The notes under the pieces were generated by a model. The model saw only the letters and a program-made list of their open reading frames with translations. It was not told the DNA's origin and ran no database searches. This document shows positions 29,195-39,122 of a DNA stretch of 55,359 nt, piece after piece. Position numbers and translations under genes: made by a program. Position 1 is the stretch's first letter; the number at the start of each line of letters is the position of its first letter. This DNA is from an uncultured Pelagibacteraceae bacterium (lineage in GTDB: Bacteria; Pseudomonadota; Alphaproteobacteria; Pelagibacterales; AG-422-B15): assembly GCA_902518415.1 (NCBI GenBank), contig CABYGA010000004.1:1-55359 (forward strand), in the 5' to 3' direction.

Positions 29195-30733
29195 ATGAAT
29201 GTAATAAGATCATCATTTATCTATTCTTTTTTTACATCTGTAAGTCGAGTATTTGGATTCTTAAGAGATATCTTGATTGCAAATTTTTTGGGTACAGGAA
29301 TATTTGCAGATATTTTTTTTGTAGCCTTTCGTTTTCCAAATACATTTCGCAGAATATTTTCAGAAGGGGCAGTAAATTCTGCATTCGTACCAGTTTACTC
29401 AAAGTTGATAAGTGAAAAGTTTTTGGAAGATGCAAAAAAATTTGCTGGAAATATCATTGTTATTTTTACAACCGTAACAGTAATTATTGTCATTATTATT
29501 GAGATATTCATGCCGACGTTTATTTTATTTTTGGCACCAGGTTTTGCCTTGAACGATGAAAAGCTGGAAGAACTAATTAACACATCAAGAATTATATTTC
29601 CTTTTCTTGTCATAATTAGTATTGGATCAATTTATTCATCTATTCTCAATGCAAATAATAAATTTGCCTTGTCAGCTTCGCTCCCAATAATTTTAAATCT
29701 CTTCATGATATTGGGAATACTATATGCTTATGTAACTAGTAATAATTTTTTACTTTTTTTATCGTGGTCTGTAATCATTGGAGGTGTAATTCAAATAATA
29801 TTTTTAATAGCTTCACTTAAAAATAATAAAATAGAGATAACTTATTTTTCTCCACTAATTACAACAAACACAAAACGTTTCCTTAGTTTATTTTCTACAA
29901 GTTTTTTTTCCTCAGGCCTACTTCAGATAAATATTTTTATAGGAACTATAATTGCTTCATATGAAACTGGTGCAATTTCGTATTTATATTATGCAGATAG
30001 AATATATCAATTACCTCTAGCATTGATTGGGATTGCACTTGGAATTGCCTTGCTGCCATCAATTTCAAAAAAAATTCAGAAGAATTCAAAAACTGAGGTT
30101 TATAATACAATCGAGGAGACTATTAAATTTGCCGTATTATTATCACTTCCTGCAGCTGTTGGTATTTTTATTCTGCCAGAACTGATAGTTCGCATACTGT
30201 TTGAGCGAGGTGAATTTAATATTGAATCGACAGCGCTCACAGCTCAGGCACTAAAATTTTACAGTATAGGCTTGGTTGCATTTATATTAATGAAAATTTT
30301 TACACCAATTTTTTTCGCATATGAAAATGTTAAGCCAACACTTTATGTAACTTTTTTTAATTTAGTTTTGAATACAGTATTGAGTATAATACTTTTTATT
30401 TATATAGGTTTTGTAGGAATTGCGATTGCAACAAGTATTTCAGCGTGGATAAGCGTGTTTGTTCTTTATTATTACCTTCAAAAAAATTGTTATTTTATTT
30501 TCAGTTCAAAGATAATAAAACCAACAATCTTAGTCTTGTTAGCTTCTTTTATTATAGGAATATATATTTATTTCTTTAAAGATTATTTTGATGAAATATT
30601 TATTAGCTTTTATCTTGGAGAGACTTTTTTCCTTTTATTTTTAGTCCTTTCTTCAATACTACTTTACTTATTTATAATATCTTTTTACAAGCCTTTTTCG
30701 TATACTGAAATTAAAAAAGTTTTTAACAAATGA
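29195..30733 (+). CDS. murJ: Lipid II flippase
   Basis: SR..GF.RD, FR.PN.FRR.F.EGA, YADR.YQLP, LFERGEF; multiple TM segments. Confidence 0.97.
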   Translation: MNVIRSSFIYSFFTSVSRVFGFLRDILIANFLGTGIFADIFFVAFRFPNTFRRIFSEGAVNSAFVPVYSKLISEKFLEDAKKFAGNIIVIFTTVTVIIVIIIEIFMPTFILFLAPGFALNDEKLEELINTSRIIFPFLVIISIGSIYSSILNANNKFALSASLPIILNLFMILGILYAYVTSNNFLLFLSWSVIIGGVIQIIFLIASLKNNKIEITYFSPLITTNTKRFLSLFSTSFFSSGLLQINIFIGTIIASYETGAISYLYYADRIYQLPLALIGIALGIALLPSISKKIQKNSKTEVYNTIEETIKFAVLLSLPAAVGIFILPELIVRILFERGEFNIESTALTAQALKFYSIGLVAFILMKIFTPIFFAYENVKPTLYVTFFNLVLNTVLSIILFIYIGFVGIAIATSISAWISVFVLYYYLQKNCYFIFSSKIIKPTILVLLASFIIGIYIYFFKDYFDEIFISFYLGETFFLLFLVLSSILLYLFIISFYKPFSYTEIKKVFNK

Positions 30734-31749
30734 AAAATATAAAAAAAATAGTACTCTCCGGAGTTCAACCAACTGGAGGCTTACATATCGGTAATTATTT
30801 AGGTGCAATAAAAAATTTTGTATCAATGCAGACTGAATATGATTGTTTTTTTTGTGTAGTTGATCTTCATGCAATTACAGTAAAACAAGATCCAAAGCTT
30901 CTTAAAAATAACACTTACGAGGTAGTAGCAACTTATTTAGCTTCAGGAATTGATCCTGACAAAAGTGTAATTTTTAATCAGAGTAATGTTTCGTCTCATT
31001 CAGAACTGGCTTGGATATTTAATTGCATCACAAGAATGGGCTGGCTCAACAGAATGACACAATTTAAAGATAAGGCAGGTAAAGATAAAGAGAATGCTAG
31101 CTCAGGACTTTTTATTTACCCCAATTTAATGGCTGCCGATATATTACTGTATAAAGCAACCCATGTTCCTGTTGGTGATGATCAAAAGCAGCACTTAGAA
31201 TTAACAAGAGATATAGCCCAAAAATTTAATCGTGATTATGAATGTGATGGTTTTTTTCCAATTCCTGAACCAATAATAGATAAAAATATCTCCAGAATAA
31301 TGTCTCTCAAAAATGGAGAACAAAAAATGAGTAAGTCTGATCCATCAGATTATTCAAGAATCAGTTTAACTGATAGCGCTGATCAGATAGAAAAAAAAAT
31401 AAAAAAGGCTAAAACTGCTGACACGCCTATGCCAGACAATAATGATGATGTATCAAAATTACTTGAAGTTAATAACTTATTAAATATATTTTCAGGTTTT
31501 TCAGAAATAGATAAATCTGAACTAATTGAGAAATACAAAGGACAGAACTTTTCAAATTTTAAAAATAATCTTGCTGAAGTAATAATTGAGCACATTAAAC
31601 CTATATCAAAAGAAATAGAGAAATTAATGAGTGATAAAGCTTATTTGAATCAAATAATTTCAAGTGGAGCTGAAAAAGCTTCAGAGAAAGCGAATGTTAC
31701 AATTAAAGAAGTATATGATATAGTTGGATTTGTTAGAAATGAGACATAG
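30730..31749 (+). CDS. trpS: Tryptophanyl-tRNA synthetase
   Basis: HIGNY, YP.LMAADILLY, VG.DQKQH, KMSKS. Confidence 0.99.
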   Translation: MKNIKKIVLSGVQPTGGLHIGNYLGAIKNFVSMQTEYDCFFCVVDLHAITVKQDPKLLKNNTYEVVATYLASGIDPDKSVIFNQSNVSSHSELAWIFNCITRMGWLNRMTQFKDKAGKDKENASSGLFIYPNLMAADILLYKATHVPVGDDQKQHLELTRDIAQKFNRDYECDGFFPIPEPIIDKNISRIMSLKNGEQKMSKSDPSDYSRISLTDSADQIEKKIKKAKTADTPMPDNNDDVSKLLEVNNLLNIFSGFSEIDKSELIEKYKGQNFSNFKNNLAEVIIEHIKPISKEIEKLMSDKAYLNQIISSGAEKASEKANVTIKEVYDIVGFVRNET

Positions 31750-32215
31750 ATCAAAATTTTTAGTTATAGTAGATGACTCCATTGAGTTAAGTGTTGCTAT
31801 CAGATTTGCTGCACAAAGAGCTAAAAATACAAAGGGAGGTATTATCCTATTAAATATCATCGAACAATTTGATCCCCAACAATGGCAATCTGTTGAAGAG
31901 ATTATTCGCCAAGAGGCTACTGATAAAGCTCAAGAAAAATTACAAAAGTGGTCTAAAGTTATTCATGATCTCGTAGACATAGTTCCTGAAGTTATAATAA
32001 AAGAAGGCATTCCAAGCGAAAAAATTATTGAAACACTTGAATCTGATGATGCAATAAGGTTTCTAGTATTAGCTGCAGCTGATGCTGATCAACCAGGCCC
32101 TTTGGTTACATTATTAGCTGGCCAAAAATCAGGTAAGCTTCCGGTTCCAATCGTTGTAATCCCGCAAGGTTTAGAAGACGATGTTATTGATGATTTGGCA
32201 TCAAGAGCGGATTAA
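31739..32215 (+). CDS. Universal stress protein
   Basis: KFLVIVD.S.E...A..FAA.RA, LVLAA, PGPLV, P.VVIP; trpS-usp-nifU synteny; ATG 31739. Confidence 0.88.
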   Translation: MRHRSKFLVIVDDSIELSVAIRFAAQRAKNTKGGIILLNIIEQFDPQQWQSVEEIIRQEATDKAQEKLQKWSKVIHDLVDIVPEVIIKEGIPSEKIIETLESDDAIRFLVLAAADADQPGPLVTLLAGQKSGKLPVPIVVIPQGLEDDVIDDLASRAD

Positions 32216-32305
32216 AAAAATATCGTTAAATTCAGACACTTATAAAATTATCACATGAATTCTTTAAAAAAAATAGAATCTGATTATATAAATTGAATAA
32301 TTATT

Positions 32306-32866
32306 ATGTTTATACAAACAGAATCAACACCTAACCCAAACTCATTGAAGTTTGTTTTAGATGATCATGAAATATGTTCTGAGCCAGTTGAATACAATGC
32401 TGGGGAAGAAAATATAAACTCAAAACTTGCAGAAAAGTTATTTAAAATTGATGGTATTGATAAAATATTATTTAATAAAAATTTTATTTCAATTAATAAA
32501 AGCAAATTTACATGGGATCAATTAAAAGCATCAATCTTACACGAGATTTCTGATTTCATTGGTTCAGGCATTCCAATATTAGATACGGAGAATGAGGTCG
32601 ACGAAATTAATACAATTGAATTTGACAAGGCAGACATAGAAGTTGTTAAAAATATTCATAATATTTTAATTTCAAAAATAAGACCTGCTGTTATGCAAGA
32701 TGGTGGTGATATAAAATTCAAGAAATATGAACAGGGTATTGTTTCATTGGCTCTTCAAGGAAGTTGCGCTGGCTGTCCTAGTGCAACATTAACTCTTAAA
32801 AATGGAGTCGAAAATATGCTTAAACATCATATTCCCGAAGTTAAAAAAGTTGAACAAATCATATAG
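32306..32866 (+). CDS. nfuA: Nfu-type Fe-S cluster carrier (NifU family)
   Basis: MFIQTE.TPNP..LKF, IRPAV.QDGGDI, G.CAGCPS. Confidence 0.93.
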   Translation: MFIQTESTPNPNSLKFVLDDHEICSEPVEYNAGEENINSKLAEKLFKIDGIDKILFNKNFISINKSKFTWDQLKASILHEISDFIGSGIPILDTENEVDEINTIEFDKADIEVVKNIHNILISKIRPAVMQDGGDIKFKKYEQGIVSLALQGSCAGCPSATLTLKNGVENMLKHHIPEVKKVEQII

Positions 32867-32871
32867 ATGAT

Positions 32872-33855
32872 ATGAATTTTCTAAATTTATTTGTTACTAA
32901 AGATAATTCTTTAATTCTTTTGTTTAGGATTTATTACACAATAGCATTATTATTTGTTCTCACAATTTTAACTTCTTTAATTTTCAGTCAAAATGTTTAC
33001 GACAAACAAATTAAACTATCATATCCAAATAATAATTCTAAAAATGAAAACTTAGATCAAACTTTAGATAAACTTTATGCCGCCAAGCTTACTGAAGAAA
33101 TTTATATAAGCAAAGACGTTAATTTAGATTCGATCCTAGAAACAAACTTAGTACCAAATATCATTATATCTAAACTACCATTTAATATAACAACACTTAA
33201 ATCATCCGAAAAAAGAAAAACTCTTTTTATAAAAATAGCTCTGCCCATAATCATTAAAGAAAATGAAAAACTAGTGCTCATGAATAATAAAATAAGAAAT
33301 CTAGCAAATAGAATTGACTTTATTTCTCGTAGTGATGCTAAGTGGTTATTAAGTAAAATGAAAGAATACAAATTAAAAGAATACTCTATTGAAAAATTAT
33401 TACAAAAAGTTGACAAAATTCCAGTTTCTCTTGCTCTTGCTCAAGCAGCAATAGAGAGCGGATGGGGAACTTCTCGTTTCGCTATCGAGGGGAATGCTTT
33501 ATTTGGACAATATATATGGGACCAAAATAAGGACGGGATAGTTCCTGAAAATAGAGATGTAGGTGAAAATTATAAAATTAAATCATTTAATTCCTTGAGT
33601 GACTCTGTTTCGTCATACATGAAGAATTTAAACACTAATCATCATTATGCTGAGTTTAGACTAAAAAGATATGTTATGAGAAACAAAAATCTTCCCTTAA
33701 ATGGGGTTACACTGTGTAATTATTTATACAATTATTCAATTGAAGATGACTATTCAGAAAAAATAAAGAATATAATTAAAACAAACAAATTTGAAGACTT
33801 CGAGTATCTAAAAATGGAAAAGCAAAATATAATCAAATTAACTGAAATTATTTAA
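32872..33855 (+). CDS. Membrane-anchored glucosaminidase-domain protein (Bax/GH73-like)
   Basis: N-terminal TM; LALAQAAIESGWGTSRFA.EGNALFG, Y..NLNT..Y..FR. Confidence 0.87.
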   Translation: MNFLNLFVTKDNSLILLFRIYYTIALLFVLTILTSLIFSQNVYDKQIKLSYPNNNSKNENLDQTLDKLYAAKLTEEIYISKDVNLDSILETNLVPNIIISKLPFNITTLKSSEKRKTLFIKIALPIIIKENEKLVLMNNKIRNLANRIDFISRSDAKWLLSKMKEYKLKEYSIEKLLQKVDKIPVSLALAQAAIESGWGTSRFAIEGNALFGQYIWDQNKDGIVPENRDVGENYKIKSFNSLSDSVSSYMKNLNTNHHYAEFRLKRYVMRNKNLPLNGVTLCNYLYNYSIEDDYSEKIKNIIKTNKFEDFEYLKMEKQNIIKLTEII

Positions 33856-34900
33856 TCAAGAACTGATATCCAAACCAGTGCCAATTGTTATCAATCTTTG
33901 AAGTGCAGTTTAGTTTGCCTCTTCCAGATAAAAAATCTTCTTCTAATTTTATTTGAAACTTAAATGGACTTATCTTGATTATTTCTTGTGAATTCCAACT
34001 TCCACCAGGATTAGAATAACAATTTAATTCATTATTTTTTAGATTATTAATTAATGTGAGTTCAATTACTGGACGCTTATTGTTTTTTAAAAACATATCA
34101 TCAGGACTAAACTGATCTATCTGCAAGGGGAAAGAATTTGCAGCGAACTCAAAACGATCTGATGTACCAAAATTTTGATTAAGAGAAAATCTAGGTAAAT
34201 AGTAATGATTTTCATGACTTGAAATCACACCCGAATGCTGACCAAACGCATGGCTAATATTGAGTTCTTTAAGAAGTTCTATAATAGCTAAGCTCGTTTC
34301 ACCGTAGGGATATGCAAAAAGCTTAGGCACAAAACCAATATTCTTCACAAAGCTTTTATGTGAACTTAGTAAGTCTTCCTTCACATACTTCTTACTGTTA
34401 AGGGGCATATGAAGGTGAGTAGAAGTATGCTGACCAATAGAGCCCCCTTCGTCAATAAATTGCTTTATTTGAGACCAACTCATATACCCAGCGGTATTAC
34501 TATCTATAATATCTGTAGAAACAAATAGAGTGACAGGTATTTTGTAATTTTTAAATATTGGCCATGCATATTCAAAAAAAGATAAATAAGCATCATCAAC
34601 TGAAAAAGCTATACTTTTATCATTAAACTTTTCGTTATTTTCTAATTTACTAATAATTTTTTCTAAACTTATTACATCAATATTATTTTCAATTATATAT
34701 TTTATGTGCGATTGAAACTGGTCCTTTGTAACACTTGTCGTTGGATATCTATCTTCACCAAATCTATGATACATAAAAGTTGATACTCCCAATTCATTTT
34801 CTGCAAAGGAAAAACTAGGAATGGCTACAAAGCTAACTATAAGGAATAATTTAATCAGGTATTTAGGAAAAAAAAACAGAAACTTATTCATCAAATTCAT
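33848..34900 (-). CDS. Exported polysaccharide deacetylase (CE4/NodB)
   Basis: Signal peptide (SFA|E), MYHRF, DDAY, H..H (GQHTSTH), FAYPYG, LPRF. Confidence 0.9.
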   Translation of the reverse strand: MNLMNKFLFFFPKYLIKLFLIVSFVAIPSFSFAENELGVSTFMYHRFGEDRYPTTSVTKDQFQSHIKYIIENNIDVISLEKIISKLENNEKFNDKSIAFSVDDAYLSFFEYAWPIFKNYKIPVTLFVSTDIIDSNTAGYMSWSQIKQFIDEGGSIGQHTSTHLHMPLNSKKYVKEDLLSSHKSFVKNIGFVPKLFAYPYGETSLAIIELLKELNISHAFGQHSGVISSHENHYYLPRFSLNQNFGTSDRFEFAANSFPLQIDQFSPDDMFLKNNKRPVIELTLINNLKNNELNCYSNPGGSWNSQEIIKISPFKFQIKLEEDFLSGRGKLNCTSKIDNNWHWFGYQFLIK

Positions 34901-34932
34901 TTTTTAATCTATATGGTTAAAATATCAACTAT

Positions 34933-35559
34933 ATGTTTCTTTTTTTAGACTTCACAACTGATATGTCATTAACTTTAATTGGAAAGCATTCTTTTCTAAG
35001 TAAAAAGATTAAGTCTAATAAAAATATCTCAGAAATTCTAGTAATAGAAATAGAGAAAATATTTAATAAAGAAAAAATAAATATAAAAAAACTTGATACA
35101 ATTTTTGTTATTACAGGACCTGGTAGTTTTACTGGAATAAGATCTGCTCTAACCTTTGCAAAAACAATCCAGCTTACCAGTAATACTGACGTAAGGGGGA
35201 TCTCAAAATTTGAGTATTTGAATTTAATTGCGAACGATAAGAACTTGCTTGATTTAAGGACTATAATAATCTTCCACAGAAGAAAGCAATTTTTCACCCA
35301 AAGGTATAGGGGAAATACACCCATTTCTAAACCTGAAATAATTAGTTTTGAAGAAAATCAGAAAATATTTAATAAAAAAACAAGCATTCTTTGTGATAAT
35401 AATATATTAGCGAGTTTTGTTGATAAAAAATATTTTGAATTATTTAAACAGAATATACACTTTATCGATTATAATAATGAAAAATTAAAAATATTAATTA
35501 ATAAAGAAAATAAACTTACCAATGATCCAAGACCGATATATATCAGCAATAACTATTAA
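34933..35559 (+). CDS. tsaB: tRNA t6A biosynthesis protein TsaB (divergent)
   Basis: GPGSFTGIR motif, C-terminal P.Y; expected syntenic position. Confidence 0.85.
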   Translation: MFLFLDFTTDMSLTLIGKHSFLSKKIKSNKNISEILVIEIEKIFNKEKINIKKLDTIFVITGPGSFTGIRSALTFAKTIQLTSNTDVRGISKFEYLNLIANDKNLLDLRTIIIFHRRKQFFTQRYRGNTPISKPEIISFEENQKIFNKKTSILCDNNILASFVDKKYFELFKQNIHFIDYNNEKLKILINKENKLTNDPRPIYISNNY

Positions 35560-35571
35560 GTCTTATTTATT

Positions 35572-35991
35572 ATGATAGATATAAAAAAATTGTGCAGTGA
35601 AAAAGGTTTAAGGATGACTGAACAGAGAAATATTATAGCAGATGTCATAACCGATATGAGTGTAGAAGGACATCCTGATGTAAATGAAATTTTTTTAAAT
35701 GCTAATAAAAAAGATAAAAATATCAGTATTGCAACAGTTTATAGGGCAGTTAAATTATTTGAAGAATATGGGGCTATTGAAAAACTTGAATTTAAAGATG
35801 GCAGGTCTCGTTACGAGGCGATTGAAGAAGCTCATCATGATCATTTAATTGATATTGAAACCGGAGAAATACACGAATTCACAAATGATGAAATAGAGGC
35901 TATACAGACTAGAGTTGCTAGCGAACTCGGATTCAAACTTGTTGATCATCGTTTAGAGCTTTATGGGATTAAGAAAAAAAATAAAAATTAA
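35572..35991 (+). CDS. fur: Fur/Mur family metalloregulator
   Basis: GLRMT.QR, HP, IS.ATVYR, HHDHLID, HRLELYG. Confidence 0.93.
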   Translation: MIDIKKLCSEKGLRMTEQRNIIADVITDMSVEGHPDVNEIFLNANKKDKNISIATVYRAVKLFEEYGAIEKLEFKDGRSRYEAIEEAHHDHLIDIETGEIHEFTNDEIEAIQTRVASELGFKLVDHRLELYGIKKKNKN

Positions 35992-36768
35992 ATGTCAATC
36001 ATAAGACTTATTTATACGTTACTATTGCTGTCATTTTTTATAATTATATCAATTCCGATTCAAATTTTACTAAATATATTTGCTTATAAATTTAAGAATA
36101 TTTATGCAATATATTTTTATAAAATAATTAAACTTATTACTGGACTAAAAATTACTTATGACAAGAAAAATCATAGCCGCAAAAAAAAAGGAACTCTCTA
36201 CGTAGCAAACCATGTCTCATGGTTTGATATTATTTGCTTAGGCACGTTACTTAATGCAAGATTTATTGCAAAAAAAGAGGTTTCTAAAATGGGAATATTT
36301 GGCTTTTTAGCAAAGCTGAGTAATACTTTTTTTATTGATAATTCTGATAAAAACAAAATTATTGAATACAATCACATAATCAATCAAAAACTAAGCCACG
36401 GTGAAAATTTTATAATCTTTCCTGAAGGAACGACTTCTGATGGAAATGGAATTAAGCAATTTAAATCATCAATGTTGGAATGCGCGTTTGATGAAAAAAA
36501 TCTAATACATATTCAGCCTATTTCCATATGCTATTCAAGAAAAAATAACTTACCAATGGGACTCTTTTTAAGAAGGTACATTTCTTGGGTCGGTGATACT
36601 TCAATGGTTGATGCAATGTTTAATTTTTTAAGCTCTGGGCCTGTTACAGTTGAGCTAGTATTTCATAATGAGCTTAATGCAAGTAGCTTTAATAATAGAA
36701 AAGATTTGACCTATTATTGTGAAAATCAGATACTTCAGGGCATAAATCAAACTCTCAAAATCAGCTAA
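35992..36768 (+). CDS. PlsC-family acyltransferase (OlsA-like)
   Basis: NHVSWFD, FIAK.EV, FPEGTT.DG, FKSS, W.GD; sits just before miaB as olsA does in rhizobia. Confidence 0.88.
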   Translation: MSIIRLIYTLLLLSFFIIISIPIQILLNIFAYKFKNIYAIYFYKIIKLITGLKITYDKKNHSRKKKGTLYVANHVSWFDIICLGTLLNARFIAKKEVSKMGIFGFLAKLSNTFFIDNSDKNKIIEYNHIINQKLSHGENFIIFPEGTTSDGNGIKQFKSSMLECAFDEKNLIHIQPISICYSRKNNLPMGLFLRRYISWVGDTSMVDAMFNFLSSGPVTVELVFHNELNASSFNNRKDLTYYCENQILQGINQTLKIS

Positions 36769-36769
36769 A

Positions 36770-38077
36770 ATGCAAAACCGTTCATTTTATGTAAAATCGT
36801 ATGGCTGTCAGATGAATGCCTATGATAGTCAAAAAATAACTTCAATACTTGAGAGCAAAGGACTAAAAAATAAATTAGACCCTAAATCAGCTGATTTAGT
36901 AATTTTTAATACATGTAATATTCGTGAAAAGGCAGCACATAAATTATACTCTGATATAGGAAGAGTAAATAAACTGGGATTAAAAAAAACAATAGCAGTC
37001 GTTGGATGTGTAGCTCAGGCTGAAAACTCTGAAATGTTTCGAAAAAATAAATCAATCGATATTGTCCTTGGACCGCAAAGCTATCATCTCCTTCCAAAAA
37101 TGCTGGATGATTTAGAAAATAATTTCAAACAAATTAACACTGACTTTATAGTGAATGAAAAGTTCGATTATTTGTCTGAGCAAATGAGACCGCAAGGAGT
37201 GTCTTCAATGGTAACAATCCAGGAAGGATGTGATAAATTTTGTTCCTTCTGTGTCGTTCCTTACACAAGAGGTCCTGAATATTCTCGGTCCATTAAATCA
37301 ATTAGCGATGAAGTAAAATTACTATCTCAAAAAGGAGCAAAAGAGATTGTATTCCTCGGTCAGAACGTCAATGCATATAATGATAAATCAAATAATAATA
37401 ATGCCAAACTATCGGATTTGATCAGAGCAATCAGCAAATTTGATAGCGTTAAAAGAATAAGGTACACAACGTCTCATCCAATTAATATGGATGAAGAATT
37501 AATTCAAGAACACAAAAATAATATGAAGCTAATGCCATTTCTACATTTACCTGTCCAATCTGGTTCAGAATCGATTTTAAAAAAAATGAATAGAAAATAT
37601 AATCCTGATTTTTATCGAAGAACTATCGATAGGTTAAAGAAAGCAAAACCAGATATAGAAATATCTTCAGATTTTATTGTTGGATATCCAGGTGAGACAG
37701 ATCAAGATTTTAATGATACATTAAAACTTATTGACGATATTGAGTTTACCCAATCTTATTCATTTATTTATAGTTCAAGACCTGGAACTAAGTCATCGAC
37801 AGAAGTTGACAATACTCCCATTTCAGTGAAAAAAGAAAGACTCCTAGTGTTACAAGAAAAATTAAAAAAAATTCAATACTCCTTTAATAATGAGTTCTGT
37901 AATAAAACTGTAAAAGTTTTAATTGAGAATCAAAGTTCAAGTAATCCTGAGTATTTCTTTGGAAGAACGCCATTTATGCAATCTGTTTACATCAAGTCCA
38001 ATGATTTAGTGCCAGGTCATGAAAAAGATATTGATATTACGTCTTGCAACCATAAGAGTTTATATGGTACTTGTTAA
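36770..38077 (+). CDS. miaB: tRNA 2-methylthio-i6A37 methylthiotransferase
   Basis: GCQMN.YDS, NTC.IRE, GCVAQ, CDKFCSFC, HLPVQSGS. Confidence 0.98.
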   Translation: MQNRSFYVKSYGCQMNAYDSQKITSILESKGLKNKLDPKSADLVIFNTCNIREKAAHKLYSDIGRVNKLGLKKTIAVVGCVAQAENSEMFRKNKSIDIVLGPQSYHLLPKMLDDLENNFKQINTDFIVNEKFDYLSEQMRPQGVSSMVTIQEGCDKFCSFCVVPYTRGPEYSRSIKSISDEVKLLSQKGAKEIVFLGQNVNAYNDKSNNNNAKLSDLIRAISKFDSVKRIRYTTSHPINMDEELIQEHKNNMKLMPFLHLPVQSGSESILKKMNRKYNPDFYRRTIDRLKKAKPDIEISSDFIVGYPGETDQDFNDTLKLIDDIEFTQSYSFIYSSRPGTKSSTEVDNTPISVKKERLLVLQEKLKKIQYSFNNEFCNKTVKVLIENQSSSNPEYFFGRTPFMQSVYIKSNDLVPGHEKDIDITSCNHKSLYGTC

Positions 38078-39117
38078 AAATTGATTATCCGCTTAATTTG
38101 AAAAATAAACAAATAAAACCCATATCCGAAAATCAAAAGGACCTGACATCAGGATCTTCCATAATAAATATTGATAACTTAGATGTTGTAGAGATATTTG
38201 GAGTTAACAATGAAAATTTAAATTTTTTTGAAGATCGTCTTCCCATTAAAGTCTTTCAAAAAGGAAATCAACTAAACATTAAAGGTGAAAAAAAATACAG
38301 AAATATTTTGCGAAATGCAATTTTAAAAACACAACAGGATTTAAAATCTAACAGAAAAGAAAACAATATTAATTTAATGCAGGAGAATCTAAAAATGCAA
38401 TCTTTAAATGAAAACGACAAAATAAGAAACTTGACAGTTACCAAGACAGCAAAACTTGATGTCATTGGTAAAAGTAAAATGCAAAATCATTATTTAGATA
38501 TTCTTCAGAAAAAGAAAATTATCTTTGCGGTTGGTCCAGCCGGAACAGGCAAAACATTTTTAGCAGTTGCTGCAGCAGTTTCTCAATTATTAGATAATAA
38601 ATTTGACAGAATAATTCTATCTAGACCAGCAGTGGAAGCTGGAGAAAAACTTGGTTTCTTACCCGGCGATTTAAAAGAAAAGGTAGATCCTTACTTGAGA
38701 CCTTTATATGACAGTCTTTATGATCTTATGCCGTCAGATATAGCCTTAAGGAAAATCGAATCTGCCGAAATTGAAATTGCTCCCTTAGCTTTCATGAGAG
38801 GTAGGACGTTAAATAATTCTTTTGTTATTTTAGATGAAGCCCAGAACGCAACTCATACGCAAATAAAAATGTTCTTAACTAGGTGTGGTAAAAATTCTAG
38901 AATGGTCGTTACAGGCGATCCATCTCAAATAGACCTAAATAGAAAAAGTGACTCAGGGTTATTAAAATCAGTTAAAATCTTAGAAAAAATTGATAATATT
39001 GAAGTTGTTGAGTTAGGCTCAAAAGATATTGTTAGAGACGAAATGGTCACAAAAATTATAAATGCGTATGATTCATACGATGACCAAATAAAAGATCTTT
39101 TTGATAAATCATCTTAA
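38071..39117 (+). CDS. phoH: PhoH-like ATPase (YbeZ)
   Basis: GPAGTGKT, RPAVEAGE.LGFLPG, APLAFMRGRT, DEAQN; start uncertain (TTG). Confidence 0.95.
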   Translation: MLKIDYPLNLKNKQIKPISENQKDLTSGSSIINIDNLDVVEIFGVNNENLNFFEDRLPIKVFQKGNQLNIKGEKKYRNILRNAILKTQQDLKSNRKENNINLMQENLKMQSLNENDKIRNLTVTKTAKLDVIGKSKMQNHYLDILQKKKIIFAVGPAGTGKTFLAVAAAVSQLLDNKFDRIILSRPAVEAGEKLGFLPGDLKEKVDPYLRPLYDSLYDLMPSDIALRKIESAEIEIAPLAFMRGRTLNNSFVILDEAQNATHTQIKMFLTRCGKNSRMVVTGDPSQIDLNRKSDSGLLKSVKILEKIDNIEVVELGSKDIVRDEMVTKIINAYDSYDDQIKDLFDKSS

Positions 39118-39122
39118 CCTTT

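Noticed and set aside
32216-32305. Possible Fur/Irr box or RpoH promoter upstream of nfu (AATAATTATT palindrome)
   Set aside because: Pure A/T palindromes are expected by chance here and the consensus match is weak.
34868-34876. A9 tract near the deacetylase 5' end, and other A/T 8-mers, as phase-variation sites
   Set aside because: Such runs are frequent throughout this AT-rich sequence and all frames are intact.
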